Shown piece by piece: positions 1 to 8,342 of a stretch of 38,173 nucleotides of DNA. The stretch spans positions 1 through 38,173 of the forward strand of contig JAJECZ010000372.1 of assembly GCA_022821735.1 (NCBI GenBank), given 5' to 3'. The notes below the pieces were generated by a model. That model did not search any database, had not been told where the DNA came from, and saw only the letters and a list, made by a program, of their open reading frames with translations. The translations under genes were made by a program, and so were the position numbers. This DNA comes from Alphaproteobacteria bacterium (GTDB lineage Bacteria; Pseudomonadota; Alphaproteobacteria; Bin95). The first letter of the stretch is position 1; each line of letters opens with the position of its first letter.

Positions 1-307
1 GCCGTTCCGTCACCGCGACCGCCGCCGCCAGGCCGAGAAGGCAGAGGGCCGCGGTCCGGATGTCGAACACGGCGATCACGACGATCATCGTCACGCCGAG
101 CCCGCCCCCGAGGACGACCGCGATCGCCGCCTCGAGGGTCAGCAGCCTGGACCGCAGCATGCCGATCACGATGAACGTCAACCCCGACAGGCTCCATGTC
201 GTCCTGCCGGCACCGCCGTCAAGGGGCCTGACGTCCACCGGCGAACGATAGTACGCCACCCGCGGCCCGCGAGGCGGGGGTCCCGGGTTCCCGGCCGGGA
301 GCCGCAT
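1..307 (-). CDS. Partial CDS whose 3' part runs off the window start; hydrophobic integral-membrane protein, family not assigned.
   Basis: It is absent from the ORF track because it has no in-window stop. Reverse-strand reading from the ATG at 307-305 gives MRLPAGNPG...WSLSGLTFIVIGMLRSRLLTLEAAIAVVLGGGLGVTMIVVIAVFDIRTAALCLLGLAAAVAV. This shows consecutive hydrophobic helices and strongly G/C-biased third codon positions. Confidence 0.35.
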   Translation of the reverse strand, partial: MRLPAGNPGPPPRGPRVAYYRSPVDVRPLDGGAGRTTWSLSGLTFIVIGMLRSRLLTLEAAIAVVLGGGLGVTMIVVIAVFDIRTAALCLLGLAAAVAVTER

Positions 308-348
308 CCTGAAGATGAACGGACCGCCGACGATCCATCCGACCGCAG

Positions 349-582
349 TCAGCGCCCGGATCCCCAGGGCAGGGCCGCCGCGAAGACGAACGCGAGCAGG
401 ACGATGACGGTCAGGATCGCTCCCATGCGAAGGGTCTCGATGCTCCTGTAGATCGTGGCGTCCATGCGCTTCATCTCGCGCTCCAGGGCATCCTGACGGC
501 GGCTGACATAAAGGATGCCTTCCTGGATTTCCTCCAGCTTGCGTTCGATGGCGTCCAGCGCCAGGTCTTTCGCCTCGCTCAC
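349..582 (-). CDS. Small coiled-coil protein with a C-terminal transmembrane helix (hypothetical).
   Basis: 77-aa ORF. A charged helical N-terminus (LEEIQEGILYVSRRQDALEREMKRMD) is followed by the hydrophobic stretch MGAILTVIVLLAFVFAAALPW. It has the same orientation as the partial membrane CDS downstream. Confidence 0.5.
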   Translation of the reverse strand: MSEAKDLALDAIERKLEEIQEGILYVSRRQDALEREMKRMDATIYRSIETLRMGAILTVIVLLAFVFAAALPWGSGR

Positions 583-853
583 GGTTGCGGAACCCGCCCG
601 GCGCCCAACGCCCGGTCTCCGCCATGCCTCGCCGGCGAATCGCCCCGCGCGGCATCGCCGTCCGAAGCGGCCAGGGCGAGCGGCATGCGCACGGCCGACG
701 ACATTCCGGGAAAAAGAAGCCGACGCCTCCGTTCCACCGCCTGCCTCCTTGCGTTCGTTGGGCTGTCCCGACCCGCGCGGGTTGCGCCGGTTTCTTCCGC
801 CGCCCGGCGCGCGGCGGCGCGCACCGGGACAGGCGGGATTATCGGCAGTTTCC

Positions 854-1244
854 CATAGTGTGTACGTATTTATTCTGGGATATAATGTGGTTTTTGAGCG
901 GCATAAGGTTCAGATTCCCTGATCGGACGCTTCTGGAGCCGGCTTCAGCGGCCCCGGTCCGCGATCCGCAGCCGCATTGAGAAAGGACGAGAGCTTGACC
1001 CCGCCCGACGGGCCGAACCCGGAAGCCGAGGCGCTGCGCGCGCGCCTCTCCGACTTGAGCGCGGCGATCCTGCGCATCGGCGCGAGCCCCGACATTCCCG
1101 GCGTGCTGCGCGAGGCGGTCGACGGCGCCCGGGCGCTCACCGGCGCGCGCTGCGGCGTCATCGCCACCCTCGGCGAGGACGGCCGGCCGCAGGACGTCGT
1201 CGCCTCCGGGTTCGCCGGGGAGGAGGAGGCCGTCGCCGCCCGGC
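854..1244 (+). repeat. Copy 1 of a diverged ~390-bp duplication covering the promoter/leader and first ~90 codons of the GAF sensor kinase.
   Basis: It aligns by eye with 11345-11734. Shared blocks are ATAGTgTGTaCGTATT, GTTTtTGAGCGGCAT (889-904 versus 11381-11395), CCGAACCCGGAAG, GGCGCCCGGGCGCTCACCG and CAGGACGTCGTC...GCCGTCGCC. A perfect TATAAT lies at 881-886. Confidence 0.7.
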
Positions 1245-3343
1245 TGGCCGGCGCGCAGCCGCTGTTCGAGGATCTTGGCGGGCGCGACGAACCGCTGCGC
1301 CTGCCCGACCTGCCGGATTACGCCCGCCCGCTCGGCCTGCCGTCCGACCCGGTTCCGTGCCGCGCCTTCATGGGGGCGCCGATGCGCCATCGCGGCGAGC
1401 GGGCCGGCATCGTCTTCCTCGCCGGGAAGGACGACGAAGCAGAGTTCACCGGCGAGGATGCGGAGCTGCTGGCGCTGCTCGCCTCCCAGGCCGCCGGCGC
1501 GATCGCCAATGCGCGGGCGCACCGCGCCGGGCGGCGCGCGCGGGCCGACCTGGAGGCGGTGGTCGAAACCGCGCCGGTGGGCGTGACGGTGTTCGACGGC
1601 AAGACCGCCGCCGCGGTCCTGATCAACCGCGAGGCGCGGCGCATCGTCGAGCCCCTGAACGACCCGGGCCGCACGGTGATGGAACTCTCGAAGACGGTGA
1701 TCCCGCGCTATGCCGGCGGGCGAGAGGTCACGGTCGGGCAGCTCATCGAGCGCGGGGAGCTGCGCGCGGCGGAGATGGAGCTCGCGGTGCCCGACGGGAG
1801 GAGCGTGCGCGTCCTGCTCAACGCCACGCCGGTCCGCTCGGCGGACGGGGAGATCGAGTCGATGGTGGTGGCCATCCAGGACCTCGCCCCGTTCGAGGAG
1901 CTGGAGCGGCTCAGGGTGGAGTTCCTCGCCATGGTGAGCCACGAGCTGCGCACGCCGCTGACCTCGATCAAGGGGGCGACGGCGACGCTGCTCGACGCCA
2001 CGCGCGCCCTCGACCGCGCGGAGCGCCGGCAGTTCCACCGCATCATCGCGATGCAGGCCGACCGCATGGAGCGCCTGGTCAGCGACCTGCTCGACGCCGG
2101 GCGCATCGAACACGGCACGCTGTCGGTCGAGCCCGAGCCCATGGAAGTGGCCGAGCTGGTGGAGCAGGCGCGCACCACATACCTCAGCGGCGGCGCCAGG
2201 CAGACCATGCGCATCGACCTGCCCGAGGACCTGCCGCCGGTGATGGCCGACGAGCGGCGTATCGTGCAGGTGCTCAACAACCTGTTCTCCAACGCCGCGC
2301 GGCACTCCCCGGAGGCCGCCTCCATCCATGTCGGGGCGGCGCGCGACGGCATGGAGGTCGCGGTCTCGGTCGCCGACGAGGGCCCGGGCATCCCGCCGGA
2401 CCGGCTGCCGCACCTGTTCCGCAGATATGCCGACTTCAGCGGCCGCGACCGGGTGCGCGAGCCTGCCGGGTTCGGCCTCGGCCTGGTCATCTGCAGGGGG
2501 CTGGTGGAAGCGCATGGGGGCCGCATCCGGGCGGAGAGCGCCGGGTCCGGCGGCACGGGCACCCGCTTCACCTTCACGCTCCCGGTGGCCGGCGCGGGCG
2601 CCGGGGCGGCCTCGGGACCCGCCGCAAGCACGTCGCACACAACCCCCGAAAGCGGGGAGCCGCCGCCCGTGCTGGTGGTGGACGACGACCCGGAGACGCT
2701 GCGCCATGTCCGCGACACGCTCGCGGCGGAGGGTTACGCGCCGTTGGTCACGGGCGACCCGGAGGAGGTGGCCGGCCTCATCAGGACGAAGCGCCCGCAC
2801 CTGGTCCTGCTCGACCTCATGCTGCCCGGCGCCGACGGCATCGAGCTGATGGAGCAAACCCCCGAACTCGCCGACCTGCCGGTGATCTTCATCTCCGGCT
2901 ACGGCCGCGACGAGACCGTCGCGCGGGCGCTGGAGGCGGGCGCCGCCGACTATATCGTCAAGCCGTTCTCGCCGACCGAACTCGCGGCCAGGGTGCGGGC
3001 GGCGCTGCGCCGGCGCGCCGAGCCCGTGCCGTTCGTGCTGGGAGACCTCGCGATCGACTACGAGCAGCGCCTCGTCAGCGTGGCCGGCAACCCGGTGCGG
3101 CTGACCGCCAAGGAGTACGAGCTGCTGCGGGTCCTCTCGGTGAACGCGGGAAGGGTCGTGACGTTCGCGACGCTGCTTCGCCAGGTGTGGGAGAACGGGG
3201 GCGACGGCGCCGTCGAGCCCGTGCGCGACTTCGTCAAGAAGCTCCGCGGCAAGCTTGGCGACGACGCCGCGAACCCCCGCTACGTCGCCAACGTGCGCGG
3301 CGTCGGCTACCGGATGCCGAGACCCGGCGGCGAACAGGCGTGA
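977..3343 (+). CDS. Fused two-component protein: GAF, PAS, HisKA/HATPase histidine kinase, receiver, and OmpR-type winged-helix DNA-binding domain.
   Basis: 788 aa with a TTG start in the ORF track. Visible motifs are the H-box SHELRTPLTSIKG, N-box VLNNLFSNAARH, G1 DEGPGIP, G2 GFGLGLVICRGLVEAHGG, receiver VLVVDDD...LVLLDLMLPG...VKPF, and C-terminal LTAKEYELLRVL...VRGVGYRM. Confidence 0.9.
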   Translation: MRKDESLTPPDGPNPEAEALRARLSDLSAAILRIGASPDIPGVLREAVDGARALTGARCGVIATLGEDGRPQDVVASGFAGEEEAVAARLAGAQPLFEDLGGRDEPLRLPDLPDYARPLGLPSDPVPCRAFMGAPMRHRGERAGIVFLAGKDDEAEFTGEDAELLALLASQAAGAIANARAHRAGRRARADLEAVVETAPVGVTVFDGKTAAAVLINREARRIVEPLNDPGRTVMELSKTVIPRYAGGREVTVGQLIERGELRAAEMELAVPDGRSVRVLLNATPVRSADGEIESMVVAIQDLAPFEELERLRVEFLAMVSHELRTPLTSIKGATATLLDATRALDRAERRQFHRIIAMQADRMERLVSDLLDAGRIEHGTLSVEPEPMEVAELVEQARTTYLSGGARQTMRIDLPEDLPPVMADERRIVQVLNNLFSNAARHSPEAASIHVGAARDGMEVAVSVADEGPGIPPDRLPHLFRRYADFSGRDRVREPAGFGLGLVICRGLVEAHGGRIRAESAGSGGTGTRFTFTLPVAGAGAGAASGPAASTSHTTPESGEPPPVLVVDDDPETLRHVRDTLAAEGYAPLVTGDPEEVAGLIRTKRPHLVLLDLMLPGADGIELMEQTPELADLPVIFISGYGRDETVARALEAGAADYIVKPFSPTELAARVRAALRRRAEPVPFVLGDLAIDYEQRLVSVAGNPVRLTAKEYELLRVLSVNAGRVVTFATLLRQVWENGGDGAVEPVRDFVKKLRGKLGDDAANPRYVANVRGVGYRMPRPGGEQA

Positions 3344-3557
3344 CCGGGACGCATCGGCAGCCCTTGCGAGGAGGCGGAGGTGAGCGTCAGGTCCCGCCGC
3401 GATGGAAGGGTGGCACGCCCGCGGCGCTTGCCACCATGTGCAGATCCGCCCCGAAAACCCTTGAAAGAATATCGAAATAGCCGTTGGCGATACGAACATA
3501 ATATGGAATATCGGAAATAATCGGCTCCATGTTACGAGCACTACGCGGCGGAGTTCG

Positions 3558-4049
3558 ATGAAACGCGTCCCCCGGCGGGCCGGATTGCTCAGCGGGGCGG
3601 AAGATCAGGCTCCCTGGACCGGACAGGGCCTGGATGTCCCGTTCGCCGTTCCCGCATTGCCGGGTACGGACGGCGGCCCCGGTCCGGCAACCGGCAGCGT
3701 GACATGGACAGCCGCGATGGCCGGCGTGAAGGCCGGCAGCTCCGGCCTCGGAACGGAAGTCACCGGTGACGCGGAAATGACCGCCGATCCCGGCGCGGCG
3801 TCCCTCGACCTCGCGTTCACCGATATCGCCGATACTTCCGATGTTCGCATCGACGACATCCGCCGGCAGGACGTTCCGATGCGGAGCCGGTCGTTCCAGG
3901 CCGCTGGGCTGGATGGGCGGTTCCACGGTCCGAACCGCAAAGGGGCTGGCGGCGTGTCGGAGCACAACCGGTTCGCGGGCGCGTTCTCATTGGCCCGGCA
4001 GCAGGAAGACAAGGAGTTCTACCGATGCACCCGGGAGGATCGATCGTGA
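3558..4049 (+). CDS. Hypothetical protein, first gene of a three-gene coupled set.
   Basis: 163-aa ORF with clear G/C third-position bias in this frame (for example acc gcc gat ccc ggc gcg gcg tcc ctc gac ctc). Its stop overlaps the next start as GTGA at 4046-4049. Confidence 0.55.
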   Translation: MKRVPRRAGLLSGAEDQAPWTGQGLDVPFAVPALPGTDGGPGPATGSVTWTAAMAGVKAGSSGLGTEVTGDAEMTADPGAASLDLAFTDIADTSDVRIDDIRRQDVPMRSRSFQAAGLDGRFHGPNRKGAGGVSEHNRFAGAFSLARQQEDKEFYRCTREDRS

Positions 4050-4363
4050 AGAAATTTGCCTGCGCCGCACTGACGGCGGCAATGGCGACCCTCGCCACGC
4101 CAGCCGTCTCTCATGTGCCGAAGGACTGCATGCCCAGGCTGGCCGCCATGGCCGGGGCCGTACTGGCCAGGAACGAGCACCAGGAGACCGCCGGGACCGT
4201 AATCAGGTTCAAGACCGCGGAAGACTACCAGGCTGCCTCCAAGGCCGGGATTCTCGACAACCTGACCTACCTTGCCGAGTGGACCGCCAGGCTCATGGAA
4301 CTCGACGACAGGGCCCGTGCGGCAGCCGACGCCTTCTCCCGATGCGTCGCCGGCCGAGAATGA
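4046..4363 (+). CDS. Small secreted or periplasmic protein (hypothetical).
   Basis: The GTG at 4046 lies in frame within track ORF 4025-4363. The N-terminus VKKFACAALTAAMATLATPAVSH looks like a signal peptide. Confidence 0.6.
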   Translation: MKKFACAALTAAMATLATPAVSHVPKDCMPRLAAMAGAVLARNEHQETAGTVIRFKTAEDYQAASKAGILDNLTYLAEWTARLMELDDRARAAADAFSRCVAGRE

Positions 4364-4612
4364 ATGGCCATGAGTGACGATCAGGATCCCGATGTCCTGG
4401 GTGCCGCGTTGAGGGAAACGCTGGCCGCCGCCCACAGTCCCGGGCCTTCCCAGGCGGCAGCCCAGACCCCGTTCCAGGCCTTCAAGACCGCGTTTGCCCG
4501 CACCTTCGGCATTTTCCTCGGGACGGCCAGCGGGCTCCTGACATTGGCGCTCGTCCTTTGGCTGTTGGCGGAAACGCTCGGCCTGAGCGGCCTGTTGATG
4601 GGACGGATGTGA
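4364..4612 (+). CDS. Small membrane protein (hypothetical).
   Basis: 82 aa. The ATG directly abuts the previous stop. The C-terminal half is hydrophobic (FGIFLGTASGLLTLALVLWLLAETLGL). Confidence 0.55.
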   Translation: MAMSDDQDPDVLGAALRETLAAAHSPGPSQAAAQTPFQAFKTAFARTFGIFLGTASGLLTLALVLWLLAETLGLSGLLMGRM

Positions 4613-5100
4613 AGCTGCCCGGGAGCGTGACGAGGCCGCCGCTCAAGCCCTGGAACCGTCATGACCATGGCCTGCGCCGCGCGGCAGTGGGCCGTGCGGC
4701 CCTCCATTTCCGAGCCGGGGCTGCGAACCCGGCGGCGGCGGACGCGGAGAGATTGCCGCCCGCACGAAGAGCGGTGGCTGCACGGTCCATCTCGCGCCAG
4801 GGCGCGACGGCGCCTAGCGCGTCGGGGCCAACAGCGGCGGAGCCGTCCGCTTCCCATCCCGGGTGGACATGACCGAATATCTGTATCGATAGGGGTTCCG
4901 GGGGAGGCCAGGCCGGCACACGGGGAAACCGACACAAAAGCAGGACGCTGATCCGGGAAATTCCGAAAACGAGAATGAGCGACAGGTTCACAGGCCGGTG
5001 AGCGTCAAATGCGCCGGCTGAAGGGCGAACGAGTCTTCCAGTGCACCTGACGACCAATGCTGTCCGCTGATGTAGTCTCCCGGCGTAGCGAGGTAGCGCC

Positions 5101-6312
5101 ATGACAGACCGCAAACCGGATCCCGTGGCCGGGAAGACGGTGGGAGACCGGATCAGGCAGGCCGCCGCGACAGTCGGGGCGTCGGTCGAGTCGGCGGCGG
5201 ATGCGGCAGCCACCACTGTCCCCGGCGGCGCTGCCCGCGCCGCCGGGGACCTCGCTGCCGCCCGGACCGTTGCCGCGGAAAAGGGTGGAGCCCTCGTCCG
5301 TTCAGGGGCGTCCGGCATTGCGGCCGGTATCGGCGTCGCCAATGAAACCCTGACCGGTTTCGCAGGGAATCTGGACTGGAGCGCCATCGACCCCACCCGA
5401 TACCTCTATGCCGGCACCAGAGGCGTCGGCAGGGGCCTGGAGGAGGCCCGGCTCGTGTGGGAGTCCATACCGGAACAGCTGCGCGCTCTCGGCCCGGAGG
5501 AAGTGGCGAAGCGTCTCGACGGCTTCGACTGGAGCCATGTCGTCCCCCACAGCAAGGGAGGCGGCAACGAGGCGGCAAACGGGATATTCGAGATTGCCGG
5601 ACTGAACCGGAGCCGGGGCGCGGAACAGATGACCGGGGCCGAGATCGAGGCGGCGGCCAGAGTCCTCTCGGAGGCGGCGTTTACCGCCGCGCTCGAGAAG
5701 GTGGCCTCGCGGGTATTCGTCGGCGCGGCGGTTGGCGCCGCCGTAGCCTGCGTGGTCTCGGGTCTGGAACACGGTCTCGCCTGTCAACGCGGCGAGATCA
5801 CCCGGGAGGAAATGTATCGACGCCTGGGCTGTGCGGTGGCCGCGTCCGCAGGCGCCGGCGCGGCGATATCCGGCGTCATGGCCGTCGTCGCCCTGGCGTT
5901 CCCCGCGCTCATCCCCCTGGCGGCGCCCCTGATGATGCCGCTGGCGGTCCTGGGCTTCTGCGCCGTCGGCGGCAAGGTCGTCCGCCTCGGGAAGGGGTGG
6001 TATGAACTGTATCGGGAAGTCTCCGGCGCCGGGCTTCCCGACCTGCTCCCGGTCCGGAAGCTGCCTGAATGGTATGGCCGGCGCTGCTTTTGCGGGAACC
6101 TGCCGCGAACACGATCCCCGAACGATCGGGCCATTGACCTGGCGCGCATCTCTTTGGCTGTACGGATAGGACGTATCTGTCTGGCAGCAGGTCCCACGGC
6201 CTTCAGGCCCCGCTTCATCCGCTCCGGTCAGCGGGACCGGAAACGGCCGTCGGCGATCAGCAAGGGAAAATCGGCTCGACGCAGCGCGGGTCGTCGTTGT
6301 CGGCTTTGTTGA
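5101..6312 (+). CDS. HNH (His-Me finger) motif protein with a C-terminal multi-pass membrane region.
   Basis: 403 aa. The HNH-like motif DWSHVVPHSKGGGNEAANGIFEIAGLNRSRG lies at about 5527-5616. Hydrophobic segments follow (FVGAAVGAAVACVVSGL, AGAGAAISGVMAVVALAFPALIPLAAPLMMPLAVLGFCAVGG). The Arg-rich last ~100 aa look non-native and overlap the convergent SRAP gene by 56 nt. Confidence 0.7.
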   Translation: MTDRKPDPVAGKTVGDRIRQAAATVGASVESAADAAATTVPGGAARAAGDLAAARTVAAEKGGALVRSGASGIAAGIGVANETLTGFAGNLDWSAIDPTRYLYAGTRGVGRGLEEARLVWESIPEQLRALGPEEVAKRLDGFDWSHVVPHSKGGGNEAANGIFEIAGLNRSRGAEQMTGAEIEAAARVLSEAAFTAALEKVASRVFVGAAVGAAVACVVSGLEHGLACQRGEITREEMYRRLGCAVAASAGAGAAISGVMAVVALAFPALIPLAAPLMMPLAVLGFCAVGGKVVRLGKGWYELYREVSGAGLPDLLPVRKLPEWYGRRCFCGNLPRTRSPNDRAIDLARISLAVRIGRICLAAGPTAFRPRFIRSGQRDRKRPSAISKGKSARRSAGRRCRLC

Positions 6313-6949
6313 CCAGCGTGCTCACGGGATGCGCACGCATTTCATCCGCTGGATACGGGCCGAGCGGAATGTCTTCGCCCGCGAGCCAGGGAACCCGGGC
6401 GTCCGGGGGCAGGATGACCGGCATGCGGGCGTGAACCGCCGCAACCGTCGCGTTGGCGGCGGTGGTGAGGATGGTGAAGGTCTCGACCGGCCCGCCGGGT
6501 TCCGGGCCGAAGAGCGACCCCGCCGGCGCCGGGCCCTCCGGTGCGGTCCAGCGTTCCCAGAGGCCGGCGAAGGCGAAGGGCGAGCCGTCGCGGAGGCTGA
6601 ACAGCCAGGGCTGCCTGGTCCCGCCCCGACGCTGCCATTCGTAGAAGCCGTCGGCCGGGACCAGGCAGCGCCGGCGCCGGTAGGCGGCGCGGAAGGCGGG
6701 CTTCTCCGCCACCGTCTCGGACCGCGCGTTGATGAGCCTGTTGCCGATGGCCGTGTCCCTGGCCCAGGCGGGGACCAGCCCCCAGCGCAGCATGGAGAGG
6801 CGGCGTCCGGCGTCCGCGGCGCGAACAATGGCGACATCCTGGCCGGGAGCGACATTGTAGCGGGGCTGCAGGTTGAGGGGCGCGCCGATGAGGTCCATCA
6901 GCTCGTGCAACTCCGCCCATGAGAGGCGCTGGGTGAATCTGCCGCACAT
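6257..6949 (-). CDS. yedK: SOS-response-associated peptidase (SRAP/YedK/HMCES family, abasic-site processing).
   Basis: 230 aa. It begins MCGRF (catalytic Cys2). Family blocks present are RYNVAPGQ, ADGFYEWQ and PFAFAGLWERW. Confidence 0.92.
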   Translation of the reverse strand: MCGRFTQRLSWAELHELMDLIGAPLNLQPRYNVAPGQDVAIVRAADAGRRLSMLRWGLVPAWARDTAIGNRLINARSETVAEKPAFRAAYRRRRCLVPADGFYEWQRRGGTRQPWLFSLRDGSPFAFAGLWERWTAPEGPAPAGSLFGPEPGGPVETFTILTTAANATVAAVHARMPVILPPDARVPWLAGEDIPLGPYPADEMRAHPVSTLVNKADNDDPRCVEPIFPC

Positions 6950-7101
6950 TCGGGGCCCGAATATCCGTACCGGCGGAAAGTCCTGCCCGGCGCCGCCCCG
7001 CGAACGCTGCCCCGGGCGCGCCTGAGGCAGGTTAGCATGCTTGGCCGGCGTGCGGCGGCAGGCTATATGTTGCTGGTATGTTCCATTCCGGGAGACGCAT
7101 C

Positions 7102-7356
7102 ATGCACAGGGAAGACAGCCGGCCGGCGCCGCGGGACGAGGTCCTCTTCGATATCGAGATGGCGCTCCGGAAAGGAGAGAAGCTCTGGCCGAAGCGCTAC
7201 AGGCCCGGCGACCACAACCGCTTCGGGCTCATGGCCACGGCCATCCTCGAACATCTCGAACTCTGCGGCCTGCGGTTCTTTCGCAGACCGCCCCGGCCAT
7301 GGCACAGCACGCATGGTCCCCGGGCCGGCGCCGGGACCGGGAAGGAAGGTGGATGA
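7102..7356 (+). CDS. Hypothetical small protein.
   Basis: The ATG at 7102 is preceded by GGGAGA at 7090-7095, in frame within track ORF 7078-7356. It shows good G/C third-position bias (MHREDSRPAPRDEVLFDIEMALRKGEKLWPKRYRPGDHNRFG...). Confidence 0.55.
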   Translation: MHREDSRPAPRDEVLFDIEMALRKGEKLWPKRYRPGDHNRFGLMATAILEHLELCGLRFFRRPPRPWHSTHGPRAGAGTGKEGG

Positions 7357-7417
7357 AAGACCGAATTCCGCGCCGAATCGGGTGGACTGGAACAGCCACC
7401 GGTCCGGGCAAGCGCGG

Positions 7418-8342
7418 TCATGCGGCCGGTCCCCAGCCACCGTCGAACGTCCACCGTCCCGGGGTGCGGCTGTCGCCGACGGCTGCAAGGGCGGCGGGCA
7501 TGATGAAATCCCCGACTTCGCGAATGACGGTCTGCAGGTCGGGTTCGTCGATCAGTAGCGGGTCGCGGGCAAGAAAGGATCGCCACTGCTGAAGTTTCCG
7601 AGGATCCTCCGAAAATGCGGGCGTCAGGGGCGGGGGACGTTCGCGTGGAATGGCCGTTGCACGCGTTTCGAAAGTGGCCCGGACCGCGGCGGCGAGGGTC
7701 ATGCCGTCGAACGTGAAGAGCCGTGACATCGCGAGGAGGTCGTAAAAGTCCTTCATGCGGCTGTTCGCGAGGTCGAGCGCAACGATGGCTTCGAACTTCT
7801 CCGCAGCCACGCTTTCCCGCGGGTATGCGTAGAGGGTGGGCGTCGGGTGATCGAGAAGGACGGGATAGTCGAGCTCCAGGGGCCCCGGGGGTTACGGCGT
7901 CTCCGAAGCTGACATCGATCTGGACCGGGATGATGGTGGCGCCGAGTTTGGCCGAGGTAAGGACCCGAAAGGCGCCATGGGTGCGATCCTCGCGGAACGG
8001 CGCCACGCGGATGTTCACGGCATCGAAGCGCAATCCGTCGTCCGCGACCGGCTGGGCGCAGACATCGCGAATTGCCTCCAGGAAGGACGCCGTCTCCCGG
8101 TCGGCGAGGGAAAGCAGGTCGAGATCGCGGGTCGTCCGGAACGGATCGTCGAGCCATGCGGCGTAGAGCATCGCGCCCTTGAGGACAAAGAACTTCCTGT
8201 GAGGCGAGACGCTGAGGCGAAAGAGAAACCGCTCAAGGGCGTATCGGGTGAGCATGCGCTGGAAATTGGCCTGTTGCGCCCTGGCGAGGTTTTGCAGCCG
8301 CCCGCTCACCGAAGCGGCGACATTTCCCGGTTCACGCGCCAT
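7418..8342 (-). pseudogene. abiEii: AbiEii/AbiGii-family nucleotidyltransferase toxin (type IV TA) interrupted by a frameshift.
   Basis: The N-terminal frame (track ORF 7197-8342) carries KGAMLYAAWLDDPFRTTRDLDLL and VQIDVSFGDAVTPG. The C-terminal frame (track ORF 7418-7810, extended upstream) reads LELDYPVLLDHPTPTLYAYPRESVAAEKFEAIVAL... The two frames join inside the CCCCC/GGGG/CCCC runs at 7879-7891. Confidence 0.85.

Noticed and set aside
3409-3435. Hairpin GGTGGCA-N13-TGCCACC after the kinase stop, considered as a terminator.
   Set aside because: It has a large loop and no following T-run, so it is not convincing as an intrinsic terminator.
1357-3480. 707-aa same-strand, out-of-frame ORF inside the kinase gene.
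   Set aside because: The translation is almost pure Arg/Gly/Ala/Pro repeats. It is an alternative frame of a real gene in GC-rich sequence.
3387-3530. 47-aa AT-rich minus-strand ORF (MEPIISDIPYYVRIANGYFDILSRVFG...).
   Set aside because: It is too short, lacks a clear ribosome-binding site and has no recognisable family. The AT-rich patch is more simply a promoter region for the 3558 operon.
839-3541. 900-aa ORF antisense to the sensor kinase gene.
   Set aside because: It is a shadow ORF typical of high-G+C DNA. The product is Arg/Ala/Gly/Pro-rich low-complexity sequence with no motifs, while the opposite strand encodes a fully motif-bearing kinase.
6322-6947. Alternative-frame ORFs (177, 197 and 201 aa) overlapping the SRAP gene.
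   Set aside because: The SRAP frame has the MCGRF start and family blocks. The others are Arg/Pro/Gly-rich artefacts.
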